Shown piece after piece: positions 20,047-28,002 of a DNA stretch of 32,000 bases. Origin of the DNA: Burkholderiaceae bacterium (GTDB taxonomy: Bacteria > Pseudomonadota > Gammaproteobacteria > Burkholderiales > Burkholderiaceae_E); contig JBIKXS010000020.1 in the NCBI GenBank assembly GCA_044355655.1, positions 25,345-57,344 on the forward strand, written 5' to 3'. A model generated the notes under the pieces. The model saw nothing but the letters and a program-made list of their open reading frames with translations, had not been told where the DNA came from and ran no database searches. Within the stretch, counting starts at the first letter, position 1. Each line of letters starts with the position of its first letter. The translations under genes were made by a program, and so were the position numbers.

Positions 20047-20106
20047 AAATCCACCTAAGGAGGAGGGTGGAGGAGACAGAGGCGGAAGCGCAACATCAAC
20101 TTCCAT
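20015..20106 (-). ncRNA. Candidate small RNA of about 90 nt (or an rplM leader/attenuator) ending at the terminator
   Basis: Possible sigma-70 promoter on the minus strand (TTGCAT at 20141..20136, 17-nt spacer, TAAATT at 20118..20113). The transcript would contain a CU-rich stretch (CCUCUGUCUCCUCCACCCUCCUCCUUAGGUGG). The overlapping 62-aa ORF has no SD and reads through the terminator. Confidence 0.25.
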
Positions 20107-20620
20107 AGCGGAAATTTACCAAGCTTTTTTGTGCAATGCAAGAACTAGGTTCCGCAATCATCGACATTCAGGTTCGTTGTTGGCTAGCCGGGGTTCCAAT
20201 CGAGCCTGCGAAGATCACCGGGCGGTAATCTAAATTACTGAATTACAATGACTTGTTGTCATGTGGGTGCGGTTGATTACTGGGTTTATACACCGTCAGG
20301 CGGATTGATTTTCCATAATATGGAATTATGAGGTCGCCTGCCTCCGAATGTGGGTATTTGGCACAGGCAACCAAAGGATCGTTTTTCGGAATGGACGGCA
20401 AATTACCGCCGTTAATTCTGAATAGTCGGCAGACCTTCGACGGGTTGGCTGGGAAAATTTTGCGGTGCAGCAAGAACCCCAGCATCGTGGTGGCTCTTGC
20501 GTCTAAGGGAGACAGAAGCGTTGGTCAAATGGCAGCATGAGGAATTGGCAGCATTGAGGAAATGGCGGCCTTGCCAGACCGATCGGGCTAAGTATCATTG
20601 ATGTTTATTACGGGGGTAAG

Positions 20621-21049
20621 GTGATGCATTGCAAAGTTCGATGGGGTGGTCCAACGGGCATGAGTTTTCATGCTGAAACCGGAAGTGGTCATCTCGTGAG
20701 CATGGACGGGGCGCCAGAAGGTGGTGGGCGAAATCTGGCACCACGTCCGATGGAGATGGTGCTTTTGGGCACTGGGGCATGCACTGCCTACGATGTTGTC
20801 CTGATTCTGCGTAAAAGTAACCAAGATGTTCGCGATTGCGAAGTGAGCCTTGAAGCAGCGCGCGCCGTAACCGACCCCAAAGTATTCACCGCAATCAAGA
20901 TGCATTTTGTGGTTGTGGGCAAGGGCTTAAAGGCAAATTTGGTGGAGCGCGCTATCAAGCTCTCGCATGACAAGTATTGTTCTGCAACCGCAATGCTCGG
21001 CAAGTCAGCCAGCATTGCAATCGACTGGGAAATTAAAGAGGTCGATTAA
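20621..21049 (+). CDS. OsmC-family (OsmC/Ohr/YhfA-like) protein
   Basis: About 140 aa with RPMEMVLLGTGACTAYDVV and HDKYCSATAML (the paired Cys context of the OsmC family). The start is GTG 20621 or ATG 20624. Confidence 0.85.
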   Translation: MMHCKVRWGGPTGMSFHAETGSGHLVSMDGAPEGGGRNLAPRPMEMVLLGTGACTAYDVVLILRKSNQDVRDCEVSLEAARAVTDPKVFTAIKMHFVVVGKGLKANLVERAIKLSHDKYCSATAMLGKSASIAIDWEIKEVD

Positions 21050-21160
21050 GACATCATAAGGAGGTTGATTAAGACATCAACCTGGTAGCGCCGTCATCCA
21101 TCGAAAGCGCTGTGATGAAAGCCTCGTGAGTTAAAACTAAGGGATGTTGCCTCGACCTTA

Positions 21161-21916
21161 TTAAAGGTGGTAAGCCGTCTTTGTCATTAGCTTTGCACTT
21201 GCTTGCATTGCCCAATGCACCGCTTTGGGGAGCTCGTTTGCGCCTCGGCGCGCAGCCGATTCGGCATGAGCAGCTTCATCTTCTTTCATCGCCAAGAGGA
21301 TTTGCCGGGAAATCACATCGCCTTCGGGCAGCTTGTCCAGATGTGAATCAAGATGCGCTTCCACCTGACGCTCGGTCTCGCGCATGAAGCCCAAACTCGT
21401 TCGATCGCCAAAGCGTCCAGACAAGTAACCGATGGCAAAAGCGCCCCCGTACCAAAGTGGATTGAGCATCGAAGTGCGTCCTCCAAGCTGATCGATCCGT
21501 GCCTTGGTCCAAGCGAGATGGTCAGCCTCTTCGCGTGAAGCCTGCATGAAGAAATTGCGAAGCTCGGGGTCAGCCGTTGACAAGGCATGGCCTTCATAGA
21601 GCGCTTGAGCGCAGATTTCGCCAACATGATTCACCCGCATTAATTTAGCGGCTAAGGCCATTTCTTGCTCATCAATGCTTGGCTTTTCGATCTGTTTCGC
21701 AGGCGACGGGGCAGTGGGCACTGTCTCCGGCAGGGCCATCGAGTTTGTCGAGCGCGAATCAAGCTTCAACGCAGAAGTTGGATCGCACGCCGGAGGTTGT
21801 TTCGAGTTGGTCAGAATTTCAGTCGGTGTACGAAGCGCGGGCCCGTTTCCCCGGAGGGTCGCCAAAGCACGGCCTAACACCCCCAGATATTGATCGCCTT
21901 TAGATACGCGTCTCAT
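21161..21916 (-). CDS. coq7: 2-polyprenyl-3-methyl-6-methoxy-1,4-benzoquinone (demethoxyubiquinone) hydroxylase Coq7
   Basis: Di-iron carboxylate motifs (LMRVNHVGEICAQALY, EEADHLAW, ETERQVEAHL, DEAAHA). It is about 40 aa longer than usual because of a Pro/Ser/Thr-rich linker after the N-terminal helix. Confidence 0.88.
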   Translation of the reverse strand: MRRVSKGDQYLGVLGRALATLRGNGPALRTPTEILTNSKQPPACDPTSALKLDSRSTNSMALPETVPTAPSPAKQIEKPSIDEQEMALAAKLMRVNHVGEICAQALYEGHALSTADPELRNFFMQASREEADHLAWTKARIDQLGGRTSMLNPLWYGGAFAIGYLSGRFGDRTSLGFMRETERQVEAHLDSHLDKLPEGDVISRQILLAMKEDEAAHAESAARRGANELPKAVHWAMQASAKLMTKTAYHL

Positions 21917-22224
21917 TCTTTTTCTATGTCTTTCAAAAATCCAGTCACGTTCACAGTTTCACTCCAATAATCAGCGTTCGTTGTTCTCGGGCTAGGTGTA
22001 AGGTCCTGCTGGCATCGATTTGTGTTGTCATTGAGCAACGAACCGCATCGGATTCACAACAAACTACGTCGATGCCCTGCCGAATTGTAGCGAAAGGGTT
22101 GGATGCGTCGCTACTTTGAGTCACAATCAATCCAACTTCAAACCAGTCGAAGCTCATCGGTTGATGCTCGATTGGGGAGTTGTTCGGCGATGTGCCGATA
22201 ATTCAGAAACTAGGAGAGTAACTC

Positions 22225-23451
22225 ATGAAGAAATCGCTTCTCGCGATTGCAATCGCAGCTGCTTTACCGGCCGTCGCATCGGCCCAAGTGACTATTTCTG
22301 GCTACGCTAAAGGTAGCTTTGATAGTTTTTCGATTGGCGACAAAAACGCCGCTAGGCTTGGCAAAACCTCAGAGAATCGTGTAACCGACCATTCGTCACG
22401 CATGATTTTCAGCGCGAACGAGCAAATCGATAATGATCTTTCTGGTGTTTTCCAATTGGACTTGCGCTTTAATGTGGACCAAGTTGGACGCGCTGGTAAT
22501 GAAGGTGCGGCGGCAGAACCAGGAAAACATGTTGCAACACCTAGCGCGGTTGGAAACGTATTGAGCACTGGTAACAACCATGTCGGTATCGTCAGTAAGT
22601 CGATGGGTGCCCTGAGATTTGGGCGTTCAGACATTTACTACGGTAATACTGGCTCTGTATTGCCAAGTTCTACACACATCAACGCCTCTGCGCCTACTGT
22701 GATTCATAACCCAGGCGCAGCAATGGCCAACTGGTCGCGCACGCCAAACCTGATTTGGTACACCTCACCGACGGTCCAAGGATGGTCTGCGACTGCTGGC
22801 TATTCAACCAATCCACTGCGCGTGTCAGGTACTAACGAAACCGAAAACGACCTTAGCACGACTGCAGCGACTCGCAAGGGTAGCGGTACATTCTTCCAGG
22901 TCAATGGTACGGTTGGTCCGGTAGCATTAGCTTACGCTACCGTCAATCTCAAGTCTGACTACTTTGGCGGCACATGTACCCTTGCTAGCGGTAGCTGTAT
23001 TTATGAATGGACGAACAACCCCAACCCGAATCAAAAGGGTAATGTTGTTACAGCTATTTACCGTAGTGGTCCAATCGCTTTGGGAGCAGCTTACTCGGCT
23101 AACGAGACGTCAAGCAACACGAATATTAAGACTGAGCGTACGGCCTTCAACTTGAGTGCGGCCTACACGATGGGTAAGAATACCTTTGCACTTGAGCGTC
23201 AAACAGGCGGCGACCTTTCAAGGAACGGTGCTAAACAGGCCGAGACTGGATTAACCGGTACGGTACTCGCTTGGGACTACGCATTCTCCAAGCGCACGAA
23301 CGTGGGTGTTACACACTTTATCCTTGAGAACGATAAGAATTCTAACGTTGGCCCCTTCTATTCAACCAGCAACACCTTTGGTGGACAGTTTGGTGCACTG
23401 GCTGGTGAGAAGTACACGGTTACAGCGTTCGTAATGCGTCACACATGGTAA
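22225..23451 (+). CDS. Gram-negative general porin (Burkholderiales OmpC-like), intact copy with native promoter, SD and start
   Basis: Signal peptide MKKSLLAIAIAAALPAVASA|QVTISGY, alternating beta-strand pattern, aromatic C-terminus (FVMRHTW). SD AGGAGAG lies 7 nt upstream. Confidence 0.9.
   Translation: MKKSLLAIAIAAALPAVASAQVTISGYAKGSFDSFSIGDKNAARLGKTSENRVTDHSSRMIFSANEQIDNDLSGVFQLDLRFNVDQVGRAGNEGAAAEPGKHVATPSAVGNVLSTGNNHVGIVSKSMGALRFGRSDIYYGNTGSVLPSSTHINASAPTVIHNPGAAMANWSRTPNLIWYTSPTVQGWSATAGYSTNPLRVSGTNETENDLSTTAATRKGSGTFFQVNGTVGPVALAYATVNLKSDYFGGTCTLASGSCIYEWTNNPNPNQKGNVVTAIYRSGPIALGAAYSANETSSNTNIKTERTAFNLSAAYTMGKNTFALERQTGGDLSRNGAKQAETGLTGTVLAWDYAFSKRTNVGVTHFILENDKNSNVGPFYSTSNTFGGQFGALAGEKYTVTAFVMRHTW
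22232..22869 (+). repeat. Left copy of a long direct repeat (porin nt 8 onward); the extent is limited by the window end
   Basis: Identical to 31363..32000 (offset 9131) except 22815 A versus 31946 C, a synonymous Pro codon change. Confidence 0.97.
22243..22256. repeat. Perfect 14-bp palindrome GCGATTGCAATCGC, 11 bp inside the repeat boundary (second copy at 31374..31387)
   Basis: Read directly. It lies in the signal-peptide coding region (LAIAIA). Confidence 0.9.
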
Positions 23452-23480
23452 TTTAGAACGTCGTTGGTTCTATAAGCCGG

Positions 23481-23509
23481 GGCCCGTCGAAAGACGGGCC
23501 TTTTCGTTT
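23481..23509 (+). terminator. Rho-independent terminator of the porin gene
   Basis: GGCCCGTC-GAAA-GACGGGCC followed by TTTTCGTTT. Confidence 0.8.
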
Positions 23510-23574
23510 GTATGTCCAGGCAACGGACTCAACAATCCAAGCAAATAGCGCAGTTGGGTATAGCTTGACCATCT

Positions 23575-24867
23575 GTGTCAAGCGAAGCAAGTAACGATGC
23601 TGTATTCAGGGCCAAGCGCTCAAGGTCATGCCCACTGCGGTTGACGTTTTGTCGGATCGAGGGTCAAGCGGCCTCGCTGACCTTATACCGTATCGAAGCG
23701 AGCAGCTTTTGGCAGTGCCGTTTCTTTCACGCTGGAAAGATGCTCACGAAAAGTACGCGGACTGCGCAACTTGATGAGGCCAAGCGATTCGCGCTTGCTT
23801 TTCACCACAGCAAAGTACACCAAACAACGAGCGAACTCATGGCCGATGCAATGCCAGGCCCAGTGCGCTTTGGTGAGTTAGCGAAACAGCTCATGCGTCA
23901 CGAGGCAACCCGCAAAGATCGGGGCGAGTTTGCCGAGCTCTCTTATCGTGCTGATCAGATTCGCCTTGCAACAGAAATTATTCCCTTCTTTGGGCCAATG
24001 CCAGTGAAGGCAATTACCGCGCAGCATGTGGAGTCTTTTTACTTCAAACTCACTTCGCGCGCCCTATCGAGCACGACCTTATCGCTCTACTTGATGACGC
24101 TTAGAAAAGTGCTCAAGTACGCACGCACCTTGAGCATCATTGAGACCTTGCCAACGATGCCTTCGGTCAAGATCAAGAAGCGTTCGAGGGGAAGTTTTAC
24201 ACCGACTGAGTACGTGACGCTCATACGAAGCGCGCGACAAGTGGTTGGAAGCACGGTGCTTGACGCAACCGAGGTGATTCCAAAACGATTCTGGATCATC
24301 CCGAAATATAGACGCTACCCACAAGATTTAGCCTACGTCATCGCCTTTATGGTGAACAGTTTCATCAGACCAAGCGATCTGAAGACGCTTCGTCATCGAC
24401 ACGTTGAAGTGGTGCGAGGCCCGCACAATTACCTTCGACTGACTTTGCCAGAGACCAAAGCGCATGATGCACCGATTGTCACGCTCAGACCCGCTGTGCG
24501 CTTGTATGAACGTTTGCTCAAGCAACAACAGTGTCAAGGTTTTGGAAGACCCGATGACTTCTTGTTTTTGCCTCTCGAACAGAATCGAAACTATGGCTTG
24601 GCTGTGTTGGGCTGGATGTTCCGACACTTACTTGACAAGTTAGGGTTACGAAATGGCCCACACGGGCACCCTAGAACGCTCTACTCACTGCGACACACAG
24701 CGATCACGCTTCGTTTGCTCTATGGCACAGGTATCGACATGTTGACACTCGCAAGAAATGCGAGAACTAGCGTCGAGATGATCGAGCGACACTACGCTAG
24801 TGCGCTTACTGCTGAGCGAAACATCGGTATGTTGCAGAGCAAACGCGGCCCAAGGCAACGAAACTAA
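23575..24867 (+). CDS. Tyrosine-type site-specific integrase (full length, with N-terminal DNA-binding part)
   Basis: C-terminal catalytic region with FIRPSDL (Arg I), LYSLRHTAITLRLL (His/Arg II) and MIERHYAS (nucleophile Tyr). The start is uncertain (GTG 23575 is the longest ORF). Confidence 0.88.
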   Translation: MSSEASNDAVFRAKRSRSCPLRLTFCRIEGQAASLTLYRIEASSFWQCRFFHAGKMLTKSTRTAQLDEAKRFALAFHHSKVHQTTSELMADAMPGPVRFGELAKQLMRHEATRKDRGEFAELSYRADQIRLATEIIPFFGPMPVKAITAQHVESFYFKLTSRALSSTTLSLYLMTLRKVLKYARTLSIIETLPTMPSVKIKKRSRGSFTPTEYVTLIRSARQVVGSTVLDATEVIPKRFWIIPKYRRYPQDLAYVIAFMVNSFIRPSDLKTLRHRHVEVVRGPHNYLRLTLPETKAHDAPIVTLRPAVRLYERLLKQQQCQGFGRPDDFLFLPLEQNRNYGLAVLGWMFRHLLDKLGLRNGPHGHPRTLYSLRHTAITLRLLYGTGIDMLTLARNARTSVEMIERHYASALTAERNIGMLQSKRGPRQRN

Positions 24868-24871
24868 ACGC

Positions 24872-24897
24872 AAGCGTCCCAAAACGAGACGCTCAGC
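24872..24897. repeat. IR-L: left copy of a perfect 26-bp inverted repeat (AAGCGTCCCAAAACGAGACGCTCAGC)
   Basis: It is the exact reverse complement of 28954..28979. It contains its own 6-bp stem, AGCGTC-N9-GACGCT. Confidence 0.95.
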
Positions 24898-24903
24898 ACG
24901 TTA

Positions 24904-25365
24904 TCAATGTGGTTTTGCCCTAAACCGTGCCTTCAATTGATCAGAAGCAGCTTGAATCAACAGATCTAACTCCCCAGCATCAAGCGCAATGAGTATGCGC
25001 TCAAGCATCGGAATCAACGCCGCGACGGAGTCAAGCTCAAGCGCTGTCTTACCTTTTTGAAACTCTAGGGCCTTAGACCCATACTTGATTTCAAGGCCGA
25101 TTTTTCCATGCTCAGAAGTAAACCACCAGCAGCGAAGCCTTATGCGGTGTTCCGTCTCGCGTTGTTCCCCAGAGATGCGATCGGTCACGAGGCGACGACG
25201 TATGGTATGAAGTGGGTGTCCGTCTAGCTGCGCTTGAGCGAGCTCAATTTGCTGTTTGAGTCTTTTCCTAAGTTTCGCGCGACGAAACTCGATGGGTGTT
25301 GGGGGCGTAGCTCGCTTTGGCGCGAACCACTTGAGGCCTTGCAAGATGGTCATTGATTGATTCAT
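24904..25365 (-). CDS. Hypothetical protein (153 aa), island cargo
   Basis: A long ORF with plausible composition and no catalytic motif recognised. Its pattern (basic N-terminus, RLRCWWF...GKIGLEIKYGSKALEFQKGK...AGELD) recalls conserved island-associated hypothetical proteins, but I cannot name a family with certainty. Confidence 0.55.
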   Translation of the reverse strand: MNQSMTILQGLKWFAPKRATPPTPIEFRRAKLRKRLKQQIELAQAQLDGHPLHTIRRRLVTDRISGEQRETEHRIRLRCWWFTSEHGKIGLEIKYGSKALEFQKGKTALELDSVAALIPMLERILIALDAGELDLLIQAASDQLKARFRAKPH

Positions 25366-25479
25366 TATAAAGAACGATAAGCGATTATCTCTTTACAATG
25401 ATTTGGTTTTTGCTGGAACGGCTCGCAAAACAATTGGTTATTTTGTACTTTTATTTGGTATGGCATAAATAAATGCATC

Positions 25480-26037
25480 ATGACAAACGTTCATCAATCT
25501 ACTGGCATTGTGCAAACACACGACAGTCTGCTACAGCAAGCGTTGAATCAGTGGCTCGCGATGCACCATGGGGCGTTTACGCATGCAGCGACATTTACAT
25601 TTAACGAGCGACGAGTATGGAGGTTCATCGGAGCCAGCACTCAGTTTATAACTCCGCATGATGAGGGCATGATCGCGCTCTTGCGAAAGACGATGCGTTT
25701 GTTTCAGCGTCGGCTTGAGCGTTCGCTTTATGGGAACGCAGCTAAGCGCTATGGACAACGTTTGCTTTTTATTCCAATGCTGGAGGGACTTCGTTGTGGC
25801 GAGTTTCCACACTATCACGCAGCGTTGGGGGTTGACGAGGCTCGAACTGCATCGCTCGCAACGAAGATCAAGCGTGCGTGGACTTCGTTACCATTTGCAG
25901 GACATCACATTGAGCTAGTACCTTACAGGGATCAAGGGTGGCTCAGCTACAGCACGAAAGCTGCGTATCGAGTCAATCAGCACTCGATTGATTGGGAAAG
26001 CGTGAGCGTTCCACTTCGATCCCCAATCCCTTGCTGA
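25480..26037 (+). CDS. Small HUH-motif Rep-like protein (inovirus Gp2 / YfjJ-YagK-like rolling-circle initiator or relaxase-like nuclease)
   Basis: Three motifs in the canonical order: AATFTF (aa 36-41, motif I like FLTLTY), FPHYHAALGV (H111-Y-H113, the HUH motif) and LSYSTKAAY (aa 155-163, YxxK-type Tyr motif). Confidence 0.6.
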   Translation: MTNVHQSTGIVQTHDSLLQQALNQWLAMHHGAFTHAATFTFNERRVWRFIGASTQFITPHDEGMIALLRKTMRLFQRRLERSLYGNAAKRYGQRLLFIPMLEGLRCGEFPHYHAALGVDEARTASLATKIKRAWTSLPFAGHHIELVPYRDQGWLSYSTKAAYRVNQHSIDWESVSVPLRSPIPC

Positions 26038-26415
26038 GCAAAGCTCCTTGGGGTTGCGCATGAAAAGCGTGATCGCTTTATTTGTCTCACCACGTCCATA
26101 GCAATCTATGCGTTCAGATGAACGAACATCAAGCGCAACCTTAGCGACAGATCGTTGATTGTCGATCTGCTTTCAGCGAGATAGGTTATTCGATATGCAT
26201 CGTATACCGTTATCGGATGCAACAGCATCAGTTTTTTAAAAAAACTCGCAGGCATTGAGCCAGATATAAACCAATACAAAGAACACAAAGCATTGGTCTT
26301 CGCTTAAGTTATTGATCTATATAGTATTGTATTTTATACCGATCACGGTTGCCCTTTCAGACCAAAGGGTTCATCATAAATACATACAAACTCGTTGGTA
26401 TTGAAAGGAGAACAG

Positions 26416-27021
26416 ATGGCACAGGCTCGAGTTTTAACAGACAGAGATGTGGGCCGCGTGTTGCGTTATATCGCAAATCACAAACACGCATCTCGCAACA
26501 GAGCGATGTTTTTGCTCACGACGCAAACGGGTATGCGTATTGGCGAGGTCGCGGCGTTACGTCTATCGCAAGTGCTGACAAAAGACGGCAAGATCAGAGA
26601 TGAGATTCGGCTCGCACCAGATCAGACCAAAGGGGGTCGAGGTCGCTTGGTGATCTTGTCAGAAAAGGCGCAGCACGAGATTCATCACTACTTGTCGGTG
26701 AGATTTCGGCTCAAGGACTTGTTTCCCTTGACGATGACAGATACGAATCGAGCGCTCTTTTGTACGCAGAAAAATCCAGATCGAGGCTTCAGTGCGTCGA
26801 CGCTATCGCAGCACTTTCACTACATGTATCGGCGCGCGGGCATCGATGGGGCAAGTAGCCATAGTGGGCGTCGTAGCTTCATTACCCATCTAGCGGAGAA
26901 GGGCGTATCGGTGCGGGTGTTGATGGAGCTCGCTGGACATCGCAGCTTAGCTGTGACGCAGCGCTATATCGAGACAAATCCCTCAATGCTCAGACGAGCA
27001 GTCGAGTTGCTCAGAATCTAG
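26416..27021 (+). CDS. Small (201 aa) tyrosine recombinase, essentially catalytic domain only (FimB/FimE-like size)
   Basis: Motifs GMRIGEV (Arg I), TKGGRGR (Lys), HSGRRSF (His/Arg II), LAGHRSLAVTQRY (His and Tyr). AAGGAG lies 6 nt upstream of ATG 26416. Confidence 0.85.
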   Translation: MAQARVLTDRDVGRVLRYIANHKHASRNRAMFLLTTQTGMRIGEVAALRLSQVLTKDGKIRDEIRLAPDQTKGGRGRLVILSEKAQHEIHHYLSVRFRLKDLFPLTMTDTNRALFCTQKNPDRGFSASTLSQHFHYMYRRAGIDGASSHSGRRSFITHLAEKGVSVRVLMELAGHRSLAVTQRYIETNPSMLRRAVELLRI

Positions 27022-27037
27022 GGGCTAGATTCTGAGC
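27009..27037. terminator. Perfect 13-bp stem / 3-nt GGG loop hairpin between convergent genes (terminator or protein-binding site)
   Basis: GCTCAGAATCTAG-GGG-CTAGATTCTGAGC. It overlaps the recombinase stop codon and has no T-run. Confidence 0.4.
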
Positions 27038-27100
27038 ATGGGCTTCGTGGTGTGTGGGTTGCGGCGAAGCTTGGCTTTGCCAATTGAGGCTTAGACTAGG

Positions 27101-27880
27101 TCATGCAGCAACTTGCGCTGAGTATTCATTCTCTGCTTGAGGGCCTGCAAAATTAACGACTTCTTGCTTAAGCATCGCTGATTCTTCTTTGGCAATCGTT
27201 ATCTGCTTTGCTGCTGACTTCACCAAACCGTCATAAACGGTGTCACTTAAGTGTGGTACCACGCAGATGATGTCAAATCCACCTTGATCGTTAGGTTCTG
27301 CGATGAGCACAGAGCGACTCTCTGGCTTAATGCCACTAAGCGTGACTTGAGCAAGTGGGACGCTACGACGAGCTTCGATCTCTTGGGTCAAGGCGCAGAC
27401 TTCATGAGCAATGCGCTGACGCTTTGCTTGTGTCTCTTCGCTTAGCGTGATCAGCTTACATGCCCCATCAATACCACCAACGCTGTCAAGCCACTGAGGC
27501 AGATCGGCTGCTGCAATGGCGTGGGATTTAGCAGCTTCGATGACATAGCGATAGCGCATGACACGCTTACGGTCGCTCTTAAAGACATAGCGAATGAGGA
27601 TACCGAGCGTGGTTGAGGTCTTCTGGGTACGGATCCCATCGTTGAGGAGTTTTTCAATTAAAGCAGCGCGGAATGCCTTTCGTAAGCTGTCTTCTGTCAT
27701 CACAAAATGATCCTCGTAAGCAGCGTAGGTTTTGCTCAAGAGACTGTAGAGGGCTTGGGTCGCTGAGCGATAAACACTCGACTCCCAATCGGCGCGTTCG
27801 TCGCTCAGCACATTGAGTTTGCTCAACACGACGGTCGTTTGAGCTTCGAAGTTGGTTTCGGGGGTGATTGATGTGGTCAT
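27101..27880 (-). CDS. Hypothetical protein (259 aa), island cargo
   Basis: A long ORF with no recognisable motif. It is divergent from 28003..28884. Confidence 0.55.
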   Translation of the reverse strand: MTTSITPETNFEAQTTVVLSKLNVLSDERADWESSVYRSATQALYSLLSKTYAAYEDHFVMTEDSLRKAFRAALIEKLLNDGIRTQKTSTTLGILIRYVFKSDRKRVMRYRYVIEAAKSHAIAAADLPQWLDSVGGIDGACKLITLSEETQAKRQRIAHEVCALTQEIEARRSVPLAQVTLSGIKPESRSVLIAEPNDQGGFDIICVVPHLSDTVYDGLVKSAAKQITIAKEESAMLKQEVVNFAGPQAENEYSAQVAA

Positions 27881-27911
27881 TTGAATCTCCTTGGGTAGTT
27901 CAGCGTTCGTC

Positions 27912-27924
27912 AGACACCGTGTCT
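27912..27924. promoter_or_regulatory. 13-bp palindrome AGACAC-C-GTGTCT in the divergent promoter region
   Basis: Read directly. It is located between the starts at 27880 (-) and 28003 (+). Confidence 0.3.
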
Positions 27925-28002
27925 TTCGCTTTGCTGATGGGATCCATTTAACCAGTCGTTACCATATACTGTCCTCACTACGTTTTCAGTTGATAACACT
28001 AT

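Noticed and set aside
19918-20106. 62-aa minus-strand ORF upstream of rplM.
   Set aside because: It has no SD, is proline/serine-rich from the CU-rich tract, and reads straight through a strong intrinsic terminator. It is better explained as a non-coding RNA or leader.
20243-20540. 80-aa (-) and 70-aa (+) ORFs in the rplM-osmC gap.
   Set aside because: They overlap each other on opposite strands, lack SD sequences and have no recognisable motifs. They were left unannotated, and the region is flagged instead as a long non-coding gap.
20543-20576. TGGCA/TTGC-like strings upstream of the OsmC gene as a sigma-54 promoter.
   Set aside because: The GG-to-GC spacing does not fit the -24/-12 consensus (TGGCAC-N5-TTGC) in any of the repeat units.
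22302-22634. Two identical 110-aa minus-strand ORFs (22302..22634 and 31433..31765), plus identical 61-aa ORFs, which could look like a duplicated gene.
   Set aside because: They are antisense shadow ORFs inside the two porin copies. Their identity simply reflects the porin direct repeat, and the plus-strand porin frame has the signal peptide and beta-barrel pattern.
23452-23574. An expected tRNA or tmRNA gene as integration target next to the integrase.
   Set aside because: I found no T-arm (GGTTCGAATCC-like) sequence or cloverleaf at either island border. The only flanking repeat is the porin coding sequence.
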